DNA of 64,000 nt from an uncultured bacterium (GTDB taxonomy: Bacteria > UBA8481): NCBI GenBank assembly GCA_964499705.1, contig CAZCME010000002.1, positions 310,001 through 374,000 of the forward strand. The letters are read 5' to 3'. Of the stretch, positions 18,597 to 28,495 are shown one piece after another (position 1 is the first letter of the stretch; every line of letters starts with the position of its first letter). A program made the position numbers and the translations under genes. Under the pieces are notes generated by a model that was not told the origin of the DNA, ran no database searches, and was given only the letters and a program-made list of their open reading frames with translations.

Positions 18597-18656
18597 GGGA
18601 GCGTCATTATACTCGAATCGGAGCCATTCCGGCAGCAATCACATCCCAGAGAGTCT

Positions 18657-18684
18657 ACTTTACATAATGTATCTTATAGGAAGT
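18657..18684 (-). other. dif-like XerCD recombination site (11-6-11)
   Basis: Minus strand ACTTCCTATAA-GATACA-TTATGTAAAGT in an AT-rich intergenic gap; closely resembles B. subtilis dif as I recall it (ACTTCCTAGAA-TATATA-TTATGTAAACT). Confidence 0.8.
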
Positions 18685-18827
18685 ATGAGTCGACAGCCCT
18701 GAAAGGATTGCTGCATTATGTAAAGTCAGTCGAGCGTCCCGAATTCGTCCACAGGATTCGTAGGATGATCACGATGAAATACACGGGGCATTGCTCCCGT
18801 CATATTCCCGTCATAAATGAATCCGCT

Positions 18828-21257
18828 TCACGCCTGCACATATAGAACGATCGGAATCGTCCGTGTCACGGCTGCAGCGCACGCGCCCTTGTCCATGCAG
18901 GGCTGGTACCGCACATTCACTTCGAACCGAGATTTGCCTTCCGGAGCGGATGAGAGTACCGCGATGTCCAGGCGGATGGTCGTTCCGGAATCCCGATAAA
19001 CTGACACCGACATACCTCCCGTCTCGATCACCTGCCCGGCCGGATATTCGGCGCTTCTCAGCTCCGCAGTCTCATTCCTCGGGATCGATGCCGCCGTCGG
19101 AATCAGGGTGTCCTCCAGCGGCGAATGGGATTGGATATGCCAGCCCCGGGCGATATCGAGAACAAGTTCCATTCGCATGCGATCTCCACGACGGACCGGC
19201 AGGGGATTCGACGATCCGGTCCATTCGCTTTTTCCTTCAGTTGACCCCGGCCCCTTCAAAATGAAGCCGCGCACGGAAACGACATTTGTTTCGGTCTCCC
19301 CTTGCGAAACCGTCGAGCTTGACGCGTTCGGATCCGGCCGCCGATCGCCCCGGTCTTCGTCAAGCGTCTCCGCGAGCGCGATGATAAAGCTCTGCATGCC
19401 CCTCATCGCGCGTCGCAACATCGAGGAGAAATGGATCAGGAGGGCGCGTGACGCTTCGAGATACTTACCATCCGGATCGTCGGTGGCGCTGTGCAGTTTC
19501 AGGAGGACGCGCGCTGCGATTCCGTTGCCGGATGGAATTGCCTTGTCGAGCGGATCTTTCCAGCGATACAAAAGCATCTCGTGGTCGTCGGACGTGAAGA
19601 AATATCCCCCTTCGCCCGCATCGCCGAACCTCTTCATCACGACATCCATCAGCGATCGGGCCGCGTCCAGCCACTCGGAATCGCCGGTCGCTTCGTGAAG
19701 ATCGAGGAGTCCGTGTGCCAGGAAGACGTAATCATCCAGATACCCGTTCAGGCGCGCGCGGCCCTGCCTTGCCGTCGACAGGAGGCGATCTCCGTTGCGC
19801 ATCGATACCAGGATGAACCGGGCCGCCCGTGACGCGGCTTCGGTATAACGGGGCTCGTTCAGCACGCGGCCCGCTAATGCGAAGCTTCCGATCATCAAGC
19901 CGTTCCATGACGTGAGGATCTTGTCGTCGAGACCCGGGCGGATCCGGGCCTCGCGCACACTCAATAATGCATCACGTGCGGCTTTCAGCCGGGCCGTGTT
20001 GCCGGCATCCCCTGCAGCGCCTCCCCTCTCGATCGGCCGGACCAGGTGCAGGATATTGGAGCCATCCGCCTGGGCCTTGTGCGGATCGACGAAATTGCCG
20101 CGGTCGGTCACATCGTAGATGCCGCAGAATAATTCTCCTTCTTCCTTTCCGAGGTGATCGAGGATCTCTTTCTTCGTCCAGAGGTAGAACTTTCCTTCCT
20201 CGCCTTCCGAGTCCGCGTCGATCGCGGAGTAGAAAGCGCCGCCGGGATCCGTCATTTCGCGAAGAACCCACTCGTAAGTCCCGACAGCGGTCCGCCTGTA
20301 ATCTTCCGATCCCGTCAGCATCCATGCCTGCACATACACCCTGGACAATTGAGCGTTGTCGTAAAGCATCTTCTCGAAGTGCGGGACGAGCCACTCGTCA
20401 TCCGTGGAATAGCGCGCGAATCCTCCGCCGAGGTGATCGTGGATCCCGCCTTCCATCATCGATGTGAGCGTCTTTTCCGCCATGATGAGAAGCGGCGCCT
20501 CCTTCGTCCGCGCGAATTCGCGCAGCAGAAGTTCCAGTGCGCCGTGGGGAGGGAATTTCGGCGCCGAACCGAAGCCGCCATGAGTGCGATCGAAGTGGGA
20601 GGCCAGATCCGCGAGGGCATCCTCGATCAGCTCGCGACTCAATTCCCCGGCCGGCTTCTCCGAAGTTTGCGCTGCCCCGGCAGTCGATGCCTCCTTCATC
20701 GCCGCGCTCAATCGTTCGGCATGCACTTCGACTTCCTGGTGCTTGGAGCCCCAATACTCGGCAAGCTGCGCCAGGATGCTTCCAAATCCCGGCCTCCCCC
20801 ACCGGTCCTCCGGAGGAAAATAGGTGCCGGCAAAAAACGGCTTCATATCGGGTGTCAGAAAGAGTGTGTTGGGCCATCCTCCGCTGCCCGTCATGAGCTG
20901 GGTGGCGGTCATGTAAATTTCATCGATATCCGGCCGCTCTTCTCGATCGACTTTAACAGGTATGAACGACTTGTTGATCAATGATGCTATCGCCTGATTT
21001 TCAAAGGATTCATGCTCCATGACATGGCACCAGTGACAGGCGGAATAACCGATGGAGAGAAAGATCGGTTTGCCTTCTTCCTTCGCCTTCGCAAAAGCCT
21101 CCTCACCCCAGGAATGCCAATCCACGGGATTGCGGGCGTGCTGCAGCAGATAGGGGCTTGTGGCGTGGATCAGGCGGTTGAATTCCGCTCCTCCGTCCGG
21201 CGGCAGATTCGCTATCTCATCCGAAGTCGGCAATGGCTGTCGTGAGACGGAAGTCAT
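18828..21257 (-). CDS. Thioredoxin-domain YyaL/SSP411-family protein with C-terminal DsbD-N-like domain
   Basis: [54 protein letters not shown]-terminal IARGWHIQS...[12 protein letters not shown]. Confidence 0.9.
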   Translation of the reverse strand: MTSVSRQPLPTSDEIANLPPDGGAEFNRLIHATSPYLLQHARNPVDWHSWGEEAFAKAKEEGKPIFLSIGYSACHWCHVMEHESFENQAIASLINKSFIPVKVDREERPDIDEIYMTATQLMTGSGGWPNTLFLTPDMKPFFAGTYFPPEDRWGRPGFGSILAQLAEYWGSKHQEVEVHAERLSAAMKEASTAGAAQTSEKPAGELSRELIEDALADLASHFDRTHGGFGSAPKFPPHGALELLLREFARTKEAPLLIMAEKTLTSMMEGGIHDHLGGGFARYSTDDEWLVPHFEKMLYDNAQLSRVYVQAWMLTGSEDYRRTAVGTYEWVLREMTDPGGAFYSAIDADSEGEEGKFYLWTKKEILDHLGKEEGELFCGIYDVTDRGNFVDPHKAQADGSNILHLVRPIERGGAAGDAGNTARLKAARDALLSVREARIRPGLDDKILTSWNGLMIGSFALAGRVLNEPRYTEAASRAARFILVSMRNGDRLLSTARQGRARLNGYLDDYVFLAHGLLDLHEATGDSEWLDAARSLMDVVMKRFGDAGEGGYFFTSDDHEMLLYRWKDPLDKAIPSGNGIAARVLLKLHSATDDPDGKYLEASRALLIHFSSMLRRAMRGMQSFIIALAETLDEDRGDRRPDPNASSSTVSQGETETNVVSVRGFILKGPGSTEGKSEWTGSSNPLPVRRGDRMRMELVLDIARGWHIQSHSPLEDTLIPTAASIPRNETAELRSAEYPAGQVIETGGMSVSVYRDSGTTIRLDIAVLSSAPEGKSRFEVNVRYQPCMDKGACAAAVTRTIPIVLYVQA

Positions 21258-21293
21258 ATCAAAAGGATACCTTCCGGCGCTCGGCAATGCCAG

Positions 21294-21323
21294 TTGACAA
21301 TCATGCCCTCTCTCCCCTACTTT
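21294..21323 (+). promoter_or_regulatory. sigma70-type promoter, leaderless layout
   Basis: TTGACA-18nt-TACTTT-6nt-ATG(21330). Confidence 0.6.
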
Positions 21324-21329
21324 TTTTCC

Positions 21330-22619
21330 ATGACGAAACCAACCTCAACCACATTTGTTCCGGGCCCCATCAATCCACAGCGAGTCATTTCCGATCTTCG
21401 TGAGCTGGCCGCACTGACATCCACCCCAGACGGCGCGCAGCGCGTCGCGTGGGGACCGGTCTGGCGCCAGGCGCGCGAGTGGTTCAAGGGCAAGGTCAAG
21501 GAGCTCGGCCTGACCGTGGAGACCGATTCCTCCGGCAACAACTGGGTGAAGCTCCCCGGCGTCTCCGATAAAGCGGTGATCGTCGCCGGTCACCTGGATT
21601 CCGTGCCGAACGGCGGATGGCTTGACGGCTGCCTCGGCGTTCTCTCGGGACTCGAAGCGCTGCGTCGCTATGCCGGTGGAGAAAAACCTCCAGTCACGAT
21701 GTGGCTCGTCGATTGGGCGGACGAGGAAGGCGCGCGATTCGGCCGCAGTCTCGTCGGTTCCTCCGCTGCCGGCGGTTCGCTCCACCCCGATGAAGAACTG
21801 GCTCATCTCGTCGACCGCGCCGGCACGAAACTGCCGGATGCTCTGCGGGAAAACGGCGTGGAGCTCGGGTCCATGCTGAACGCACATGCGGAATTGAAGA
21901 GCCGCGGCGCGGAGGCCTACCTGGAATTGCACATCGAGCAGGGACCGGTCCTGGAGTCGATGAAGAAGCCGACCGGCGTCGTCCTTGGAACGTTCGGCGT
22001 GGAGCGGCATTCGATCAGGTTCACGGGCCAGGCTGCGCATTCCGGATCGACCCCGATCCCGATGCGCCGCGACGCTTTTCTCGCCGCGGCGGAGTTCGCT
22101 CTCGCCTGCCGCAAGATCGGCCTGAAGCATTCCGGCAAGTCGCCGGAGAAGCGGGTCGTCTCGACCTGCGGCGTGGTGAAGGTGGAGCCCTGCATCGTGA
22201 CCGCGGTTCCCGGCGTCTGCGAAATCTCGCTCGATCAGCGGGCGCTCTCCGCGAAGGTCCTCGCGAAGATGTACGCCGCCGCGAAGAAAGCCTCGAAGAA
22301 GGCGGCGAAGAAGAACAACGTCAAGGTGGAGTGGAAGAGGATCTGGCAGATCGAGCCCCGGCCGTTCGATCCGACTCTTGTCGCCCTCTGCGAGGAAGCG
22401 GTCAAGAAGGCGACGGGTTCGGCTCCGCGACTGCCGTCCGGCCCGCTGCACGATGCGGCGGAGATGGTCCCGCACATGCCCACCGTCATGATGTTCGCGT
22501 ATTCGTCCAACGGGCTCTCGCACTGCAAGGAAGAGGATACGCCGGAGAAACACCTGGCGAAGACGATCCACGCATTTCTCCTCCTCGCGGAGAAAACGGT
22601 GAACCACCTCGCGGGCTGA
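21330..22619 (+). CDS. M20 Zn-dependent amidohydrolase (allantoate amidohydrolase/N-carbamoylase family)
   Basis: [55 protein letters not shown]. Confidence 0.9.
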   Translation: MTKPTSTTFVPGPINPQRVISDLRELAALTSTPDGAQRVAWGPVWRQAREWFKGKVKELGLTVETDSSGNNWVKLPGVSDKAVIVAGHLDSVPNGGWLDGCLGVLSGLEALRRYAGGEKPPVTMWLVDWADEEGARFGRSLVGSSAAGGSLHPDEELAHLVDRAGTKLPDALRENGVELGSMLNAHAELKSRGAEAYLELHIEQGPVLESMKKPTGVVLGTFGVERHSIRFTGQAAHSGSTPIPMRRDAFLAAAEFALACRKIGLKHSGKSPEKRVVSTCGVVKVEPCIVTAVPGVCEISLDQRALSAKVLAKMYAAAKKASKKAAKKNNVKVEWKRIWQIEPRPFDPTLVALCEEAVKKATGSAPRLPSGPLHDAAEMVPHMPTVMMFAYSSNGLSHCKEEDTPEKHLAKTIHAFLLLAEKTVNHLAG

Positions 22620-22624
22620 GCGGG

Positions 22625-22633
22625 TTATCCACA
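22625..22633 (+). promoter_or_regulatory. Single consensus DnaA box
   Basis: TTATCCACA exact match in intergenic DNA upstream of a dNMP-kinase-like gene. Confidence 0.45.
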
Positions 22634-22742
22634 GCGATCAAAAATTACCGCTCCAAAAGTCTTTACGCCGCATTAAGCGGACGGTTATAACAGTCTCCTC
22701 CGTGCCACGGCACTGACATCTTCACTCCAGGAGCGGACAACC

Positions 22743-23294
22743 ATGAGCGGAATCATCAAGTTCGGCATCGCCGGCAGAATGCGCACGGGCAAGACGACCG
22801 TCGCCAAATATCTCGAAACGAAGTACGACTTCCACGTCGCGGCCTTCGCGGATCCCATCAAGCAGTTCGCGCGATCGGTCGGTTGGGACGACAAGAAGGA
22901 CGAGCGAGGCCGCACGTTGTTGCAGGATATCGGAACCGTCGTCCGGAAATACGACAAGAAATTCTGGATCGTGAAGATGATCTCCGGCCTTCCGACCACG
23001 AAGAGCATCGCCGTCGACGACATGCGCATGCTCCTGGAGCACGAGGAACTGACCGCCGCCGGGTTCAAGACCATCCTTGTTCAGCGCGATCCGTCGAAGA
23101 TCGTGGACGCTCCGTCGGCGACCGTCAATCACGTGACGGAGCGGGAAGTCGACCAGATCAAGCCTTGGCGCACGGTCATCAACAACGGCACTTTCGAGGA
23201 ACTCTACGCGCAGGTCGACCAGTTGATCCGGGAATATGAGAATCCGATATCACGGGAACTGGAACATGAGAACATCTCGAGAATGGTGAACTGA
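22743..23294 (+). CDS. P-loop nucleotide kinase, phage-type deoxynucleoside monophosphate kinase-like
   Basis: GIAGRMRTGKTT, AFADPIK, RTLLQDIGT..R.....FW, VDDMR...E, INNGTFEEL; SD CAGGAG. Confidence 0.75.
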   Translation: MSGIIKFGIAGRMRTGKTTVAKYLETKYDFHVAAFADPIKQFARSVGWDDKKDERGRTLLQDIGTVVRKYDKKFWIVKMISGLPTTKSIAVDDMRMLLEHEELTAAGFKTILVQRDPSKIVDAPSATVNHVTEREVDQIKPWRTVINNGTFEELYAQVDQLIREYENPISRELEHENISRMVN

Positions 23295-23325
23295 AAGTTC
23301 ATTCGGAATTACGTATTCCGCATTC

Positions 23326-25398
23326 TCAGGTGACCCTGCTGGCTTCTCCCTTGCCGCCGCGGTGGGGATAATAGGCGTAGTAATAGTAGTAGTAATTCCG
23401 GCCCAGCTCGCCCTCGGGCCGCACCTTGTTCAGGAACGTTCCCAGGACCCTGCCCTTGGCCGTTTCGATCTTCGTCCGCGCGCGGATGAGGACATCTCGT
23501 GGAGCGCGGCCCTGGCTGTAGACGAGCAGTGTTCCGCCGGCCATCGATGAAATGATGGCGGCATCGGCGACCGGCAATACGGGCGGACTGTCGACGATGA
23601 TCGCGGAGTAGATGGTCGAGAGTTCCCGCAGCAGATTCGGCAGGCCGTTTTTGATGAGCTCCACGGGTTGCCCCGGCAGCGATCCCGTCGGGATCACATC
23701 GAGATTCTCCACCATCGTCGGATATGCGCAGACGCGCCACGGGACGAAGCCTCCCAGGGCTTCGGCGAGTCCCGCGTGCCCGGAGAGGCCGAAAATCTTG
23801 GTGACGCCGGGGTGGCGGAGATTGCAATCGAGGAGAATCGTCTTCTTGCCGGAGTTGGCGAGGCCGATGCCGATGTTGGAAACGGATGTGGTCTTGCCTT
23901 CCTGGGGCGTCGCTGATGCGATGAGGAGCACGCGGTGGCCCTCATTGAAGAATGTGAATTCGAGCGTGGACGTGAGCGCCCGGTAGGCTTCCGACGCGGG
24001 ATCGCGCGGATGGTAATGAATGATGGTCCCGGGATTGTCCGGCAGGAGTTTTCCGGGGCCGGGCTCGAAGGGCTCCTGCATCGGTTCGAGGACCACGATG
24101 GGAGCCACGCCCAGGACGGGAACGCCGACGAATTCCTCGATCTCCTCGATCGTCCTGATCGAAGTGTCCATGGTCTCCAGGAGAAACGCGAAAGCGAAAC
24201 CCAGCAGCAATCCCATGGCCAATCCCATGGTCTGATGCGTTCGTTCGTTCGGATAGATCTTGACCGGCGCTCCGGCCGGACCCTGCAGTACAACTCCGCC
24301 GCTCTTGGATTGCCGGATGATCTTCTGCGACTCGAGCCGTTGCCAGAACATCTGGTAGAGATTCCGGGACAAGCCCAGCTCCATTTCCAGATTGGCGGCC
24401 GTGACCTGTTCCTGGGGGAGCGACTTGAGATTTTCCTCGACCGCAACAAGCTGGGTCCCGATGTCCAGGATCTGTCGCTCCCGCTGCTGGATCAACTGCT
24501 CCACCCGGTCGTTGTTGAGCTGCTCGTAGGAAGCGCGGCGATCCTCAATGACCTTATCCAGCTGCTTGAGTTCATCGTTGAATTTCTGGTAGCTGGGATG
24601 ATTCTCCGTGAACTGTTCCAGCACCGCATCGCGAGACACCTTGGTCTCCGAACGCTTGCGCAGCAGTTGCATCATTTCCGGAGACTGGTCCACGCTGTAC
24701 GCGCCGCGCCGCGCTCTCATCTCCGCGATATCGTTCTCCATCGTGGCCTTCTGGAGGGCGAGATCATTGCGCATCTTGAATTGCGAGGCGACATCGGAGC
24801 TGATCCCTTTCAGGATATTCTGGCTCTTATAGGCGATGACCTGCGCCTCGGCGGCCTCGAGGCGCCGCCTGTACTGCGCGATCCGTTCCTGGAGAAAAGT
24901 AATGACCTCGTCGTCGGCGCGCCGATCCCATTCCCGCTCCAATTTCTCATACACGCGGCAGATCGCATTGATGTAAGGCGCCAGATTGTCCTTGTCGGGG
25001 CCCTGCATCGCAATCGTGATGACGTTGGTGTTCTCTTCGCCGTGAATGGACAATCTGCTGAGCACGTCGTTGACCTGGAAGCTGATCTCGTTTTCGCTCG
25101 ATTTATCGTCGATCTTCTTCAGATCCCTCAAGGCCGCCTCGATGCAGGCGCGCGACCTGATTTGCCTGATCGCGGTCTCGATGGGATGCCCCTTGTAATA
25201 CAACCATTGTTCCATTCCTTCGGAGGCGATCGCCTTCGTGACTTCGATGGAGGCGCTTGTGCTGTAGCGGGGCGGGAGAGATCGGGAATAGACGAGCACC
25301 ACGACAAAGACGGCGAGAGCGACGAAGGCGATGACCCAGGCGCGACGCTGGAGAATACGCATGTAGTCGCGCAGGCTTAAATCGTATGACTTGCTAAT
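23326..25398 (-). CDS. Polysaccharide biosynthesis tyrosine autokinase (Wzc/GumC-CpsD-like); possible ATT start
   Basis: Two TM segments flanking a coiled coil; Walker A PQEGKT, DCNLRHP, VDSPPVL; C-terminal YYYYYYAYY cluster; first ATG at 25362. Confidence 0.88.
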   Translation of the reverse strand: MSKSYDLSLRDYMRILQRRAWVIAFVALAVFVVVLVYSRSLPPRYSTSASIEVTKAIASEGMEQWLYYKGHPIETAIRQIRSRACIEAALRDLKKIDDKSSENEISFQVNDVLSRLSIHGEENTNVITIAMQGPDKDNLAPYINAICRVYEKLEREWDRRADDEVITFLQERIAQYRRRLEAAEAQVIAYKSQNILKGISSDVASQFKMRNDLALQKATMENDIAEMRARRGAYSVDQSPEMMQLLRKRSETKVSRDAVLEQFTENHPSYQKFNDELKQLDKVIEDRRASYEQLNNDRVEQLIQQRERQILDIGTQLVAVEENLKSLPQEQVTAANLEMELGLSRNLYQMFWQRLESQKIIRQSKSGGVVLQGPAGAPVKIYPNERTHQTMGLAMGLLLGFAFAFLLETMDTSIRTIEEIEEFVGVPVLGVAPIVVLEPMQEPFEPGPGKLLPDNPGTIIHYHPRDPASEAYRALTSTLEFTFFNEGHRVLLIASATPQEGKTTSVSNIGIGLANSGKKTILLDCNLRHPGVTKIFGLSGHAGLAEALGGFVPWRVCAYPTMVENLDVIPTGSLPGQPVELIKNGLPNLLRELSTIYSAIIVDSPPVLPVADAAIISSMAGGTLLVYSQGRAPRDVLIRARTKIETAKGRVLGTFLNKVRPEGELGRNYYYYYYAYYPHRGGKGEASRVT

Positions 25399-25535
25399 GG
25401 CCCCTTATCCTCCGATCTCGCTCTGCCTGATAGGACGCGCGGAAATTGTGCTCGACGATCATGAGGAAATTATCGGAAACTGGAGAGCGAAACCCGACTG
25501 TTATTTCGACTTAGCTCGATTTCAGCAACAGAAAA

Positions 25536-25739
25536 TCAACTCTGTCGGGTGATCAGTTTTCCCACGCCTAATGCGCTCAGCACGTCGGAACGAAATTCAT
25601 CCGGATCGGGTGGCTCTATCCGGAATTGCGGTTCGGGCGGCTTGCCGCCGTTGCGATTCCGAACGCCGATATTCGCTTTCTGTTCCAGTACCTCGTCGAA
25701 CGCTTTCGCGCCCGGCACGCCTGTCGCTATCCCTGGCAT
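25536..25739 (-). CDS. Small hypothetical protein (67 aa)
   Basis: Strong SD AAGGAGG before ATG and an upstream TATAAT; no family recognised. Confidence 0.55.
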   Translation of the reverse strand: MPGIATGVPGAKAFDEVLEQKANIGVRNRNGGKPPEPQFRIEPPDPDEFRSDVLSALGVGKLITRQS

Positions 25740-25884
25740 ATGCTCTCCTCCTTGAGTTCCGGGAATTTCACCCGGCAGTCACGAGCGTCCTCGTGTGCTC
25801 ATCCCATGAGAGCCATTATACGGGCACAATGGAATCATCGCCACCATTTTCAGCGCTGGAATTTCAGGAGATCAATGGGTAAGG

Positions 25885-26529
25885 CTACAAAGTGACTTGA
25901 TCCCTGAATCCATTTATTTTAGCCGCACCGATTCCGCTGACGTTATCCAGTTCGTCGATGGATTTATAGGGTCCGTGCGCTTTGCGATAGTCGATGATTT
26001 TCTGAGCTGTGGCTTCACCGACACCCTTCAAATTCATCAGATCCTCCAGCGATCCGGTATTGATGTTGACCTTGCCGGACGTGGTTGAAGATTTGGCGGG
26101 AGCCGCCTTGGGATCGGTGGTCGAAGGAGCCGCGGAAGAGGCGGATGTATCCGCGGGCAGGTTTCCAAAATCGATCCTGCCTTGCAGCTTTTCCATCATC
26201 GTGGGGCCCATGCGCGGAACCTTGTCCAGGTCTTCCATGCTGCGAAAAGGTCCATTGGCCTCGCGATACTCCACGATCGCCTCCGCCATGGCTTTGCCGA
26301 CTCCGGAGATTTTGTAACTGAGGATTTCTTCCGCGGTGACTTCGTTGATCTTGATCATGCCCTCGGCGGCGGATTCTTCCGCGACCTTTTCTGGTTCCGC
26401 CGGCTTTTCCGGTGCCGCTGCTTCTTCTCCGCCGCGCGGTGTGAAACCTCGTTCCGGCTGGGAACCGCCGCATGCGATCAGGGAGGACATGAAGAAAATA
26501 GCCGTCAAAAAAGAAAACAATCTGTTCAT
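25885..26529 (-). CDS. ComEA-family DNA-binding lipoprotein with two helix-hairpin-helix domains
   Basis: Lipobox LIAC, SD AAGGAG; two ININ...GVG..AE.I..YR...GPF.S.E.L..V units. Confidence 0.88.
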   Translation of the reverse strand: MNRLFSFLTAIFFMSSLIACGGSQPERGFTPRGGEEAAAPEKPAEPEKVAEESAAEGMIKINEVTAEEILSYKISGVGKAMAEAIVEYREANGPFRSMEDLDKVPRMGPTMMEKLQGRIDFGNLPADTSASSAAPSTTDPKAAPAKSSTTSGKVNINTGSLEDLMNLKGVGEATAQKIIDYRKAHGPYKSIDELDNVSGIGAAKINGFRDQVTL

Positions 26530-26582
26530 CGTTGCTCCTTGTCTAAACTCGACGATGCCCGCCGAGAAATGTTCCTGCCCCT

Positions 26583-27809
26583 TCACAACTCGTCCGTGCC
26601 CGGCACCGGGATGCAATCTCCCCAGGTGGTCGGATCGTTCGGCTTGAATTCCCTGTACTCGCGCCATTCCTTGGCGTGTCCCGGCTCCCATTGCTCCGCT
26701 TCGCTCTTGACCGGGAACTGCGTCCTGATGGAGAGCTTGTTGCCGTCTGTCCGGTACCATATATCACCGTTCATGTCCGTGCGCAAAAAATACTTCACGG
26801 GAGGATCGATGTAGGTCTTCCAGGATTTTACAGCATCGGCCGCGGGATGACCGAAGACGGGGGGGTGACTGGAGGACGACAGGTATTCCGGATTCACCAT
26901 TCTCAGCCAGTTCGGTTGATCCGAGGTCTTGGAGCCATGGTGAGCTGCGAAATTGATCGTGCTCCTCAGGCGCGGACCCCAGAACGCCACAAGCGACTCT
27001 TCCTCCTCCACCTCCGCATCGCCCGCGGAGAGCATGGAGATCTTCCCGCACTGGATTCTCGTCACGACCGAATTCTCGTTCGCAATCTCCCCTTCCGCAT
27101 CGCCGATCCTCGTCACCGGGCCCAGGATCTGGAAGGCGATCGTGGGATCCTTGAGCAGATCCTTGCCGATGAGAGTTCCTCCGTATTCCTCGTATTCCAG
27201 CGGTTGCGGCGCATCGGATCCCGGTTCCAGCACGCTCCGGAATTTAATCTGGTGCCGGTCGACGGCTTTCAGCAGATTATCGAAGAAGACCGCCGGCTTG
27301 GATACTCCGGATGTGACGAAGAGCTTGACGTTGCCGCCGTTGGCGTAAAGCCAGTCGATGAGATCCGCCATGCCTCCTCCGTGATCGGAATCGGGGTGGG
27401 TCAGGATCAGCATATCGAGTTCGAAGATGCCGTGCATCTCCAGAAAGGGTTGGACCACGAACTTGGCGGCGGGATACTGGCGGGAGTGATCGTTTTCGGG
27501 ATTCGCGCCTTCTCCGCAATCGATGAGCACGTTCATGCCTCCGGGTGTGTGTATAAACGTCGCGTCGCCCTGGCCCACGTCGAGCTGAACGATGGTCAAC
27601 ACGCCGTCAGGAAACTTGTCCGTGCCGCGCGGCGTGAACGTGGTGGTTTTTCCGACCATCAGCCGCGGAGCGGCGAGCCACCAGACGGCGCACACGGCGA
27701 TGGCCAGGACGGCCAGGATGAGGTTCGGTCCCAGCGCTCCCGACCGGGGGCCGGGACGGGATTCTCTGTACCGCGCGAAGGCGTCGGATTCCATGGACGT
27801 CGTCGTCAT
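26583..27809 (-). CDS. ComEC/Rec2-type metallo-beta-lactamase-fold nuclease, stand-alone with one TM anchor
   Basis: LDVGQGDA, LIDCG, THPDSDHGGG, NENSVV, AGDAE, AHHGSKTS, FGHPA, RTDMNG. Confidence 0.85.
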   Translation of the reverse strand: MTTTSMESDAFARYRESRPGPRSGALGPNLILAVLAIAVCAVWWLAAPRLMVGKTTTFTPRGTDKFPDGVLTIVQLDVGQGDATFIHTPGGMNVLIDCGEGANPENDHSRQYPAAKFVVQPFLEMHGIFELDMLILTHPDSDHGGGMADLIDWLYANGGNVKLFVTSGVSKPAVFFDNLLKAVDRHQIKFRSVLEPGSDAPQPLEYEEYGGTLIGKDLLKDPTIAFQILGPVTRIGDAEGEIANENSVVTRIQCGKISMLSAGDAEVEEEESLVAFWGPRLRSTINFAAHHGSKTSDQPNWLRMVNPEYLSSSSHPPVFGHPAADAVKSWKTYIDPPVKYFLRTDMNGDIWYRTDGNKLSIRTQFPVKSEAEQWEPGHAKEWREYREFKPNDPTTWGDCIPVPGTDEL

Positions 27810-28495
27810 CGGACCGTCACATGCGGCCGGATTTTTTCGAGCTTGGCAGGACCGATGCGTGGGACATTGTCCAGCTCATCGACGCTTTTGAAGGCTCCCT
27901 TTTCACTGCGGTATTTGACGATGGCTTCCGCCATGGAAGGTCCGATGCCGGGAAGAGCGGCCAGTTGATCCACGGTCGCGGTATTCAGATTGACGGGCCC
28001 GGTCGCCGCAGGCGGCGGCGCAGGTGCCGGCACGGGCGCCTCCTCGGATGGAACTGGTTCCGGCGGCGATTCCAGAGAGGCGGGATCGACCCCGGAGAGG
28101 CGCGCGTATTTCGGAAGGGCGGACATGAGGCTGGGGCCCAGGCGCGGGATCGGATCGAGGTCGGCGAAACTCTTGAATGGGCCATGTTCGTTGCGAAATG
28201 CGACGATCGCCTCCCCCATCTTCGGACCGACACGGGGAATCAGGGCGATCTCGTCCGCCGTCGCGGTGTTCAGATCGACCCTGATGCGCGATTCCACATC
28301 GGCGCGTTCTTCGTCGGAGAGCATGGATACCGGCTCGGACTTGATGGGAGCTCCGCCATGCGTGACGGTCTGTTGGGTGACGCGGGGAGGCGGCGCATTC
28401 TTCTCCGGTACGAAGAGCAGAACTCCGCCGCCCCCCACCAGGGCGATGATTTCTCCGACGAGAATCGATTTCTGAATGTTCGATAACGGGAAAAT
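27806..28495 (-). CDS. ComEA-family membrane-anchored protein with two HhH domains; probable ATT start
   Basis: VDLNTATADEI..IPRVG and VNLNTATVDQL..LPGIG units; hydrophobic anchor extends upstream of track start 28438. Confidence 0.82.
   Translation of the reverse strand: MFPLSNIQKSILVGEIIALVGGGGVLLFVPEKNAPPPRVTQQTVTHGGAPIKSEPVSMLSDEERADVESRIRVDLNTATADEIALIPRVGPKMGEAIVAFRNEHGPFKSFADLDPIPRLGPSLMSALPKYARLSGVDPASLESPPEPVPSEEAPVPAPAPPPAATGPVNLNTATVDQLAALPGIGPSMAEAIVKYRSEKGAFKSVDELDNVPRIGPAKLEKIRPHVTVR

Noticed and set aside
22270-22325. Lys/Ala-rich [13 protein letters not shown] stretch in the M20 hydrolase
   Set aside because: Short low-complexity helix at a position where the family has an ordinary helix; no evidence of a separate function
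22620-22742. Replication origin at the DnaA box
   Set aside because: Only one box, no dnaA/dnaN context, and a dif-like site 4 kb away argues for the terminus
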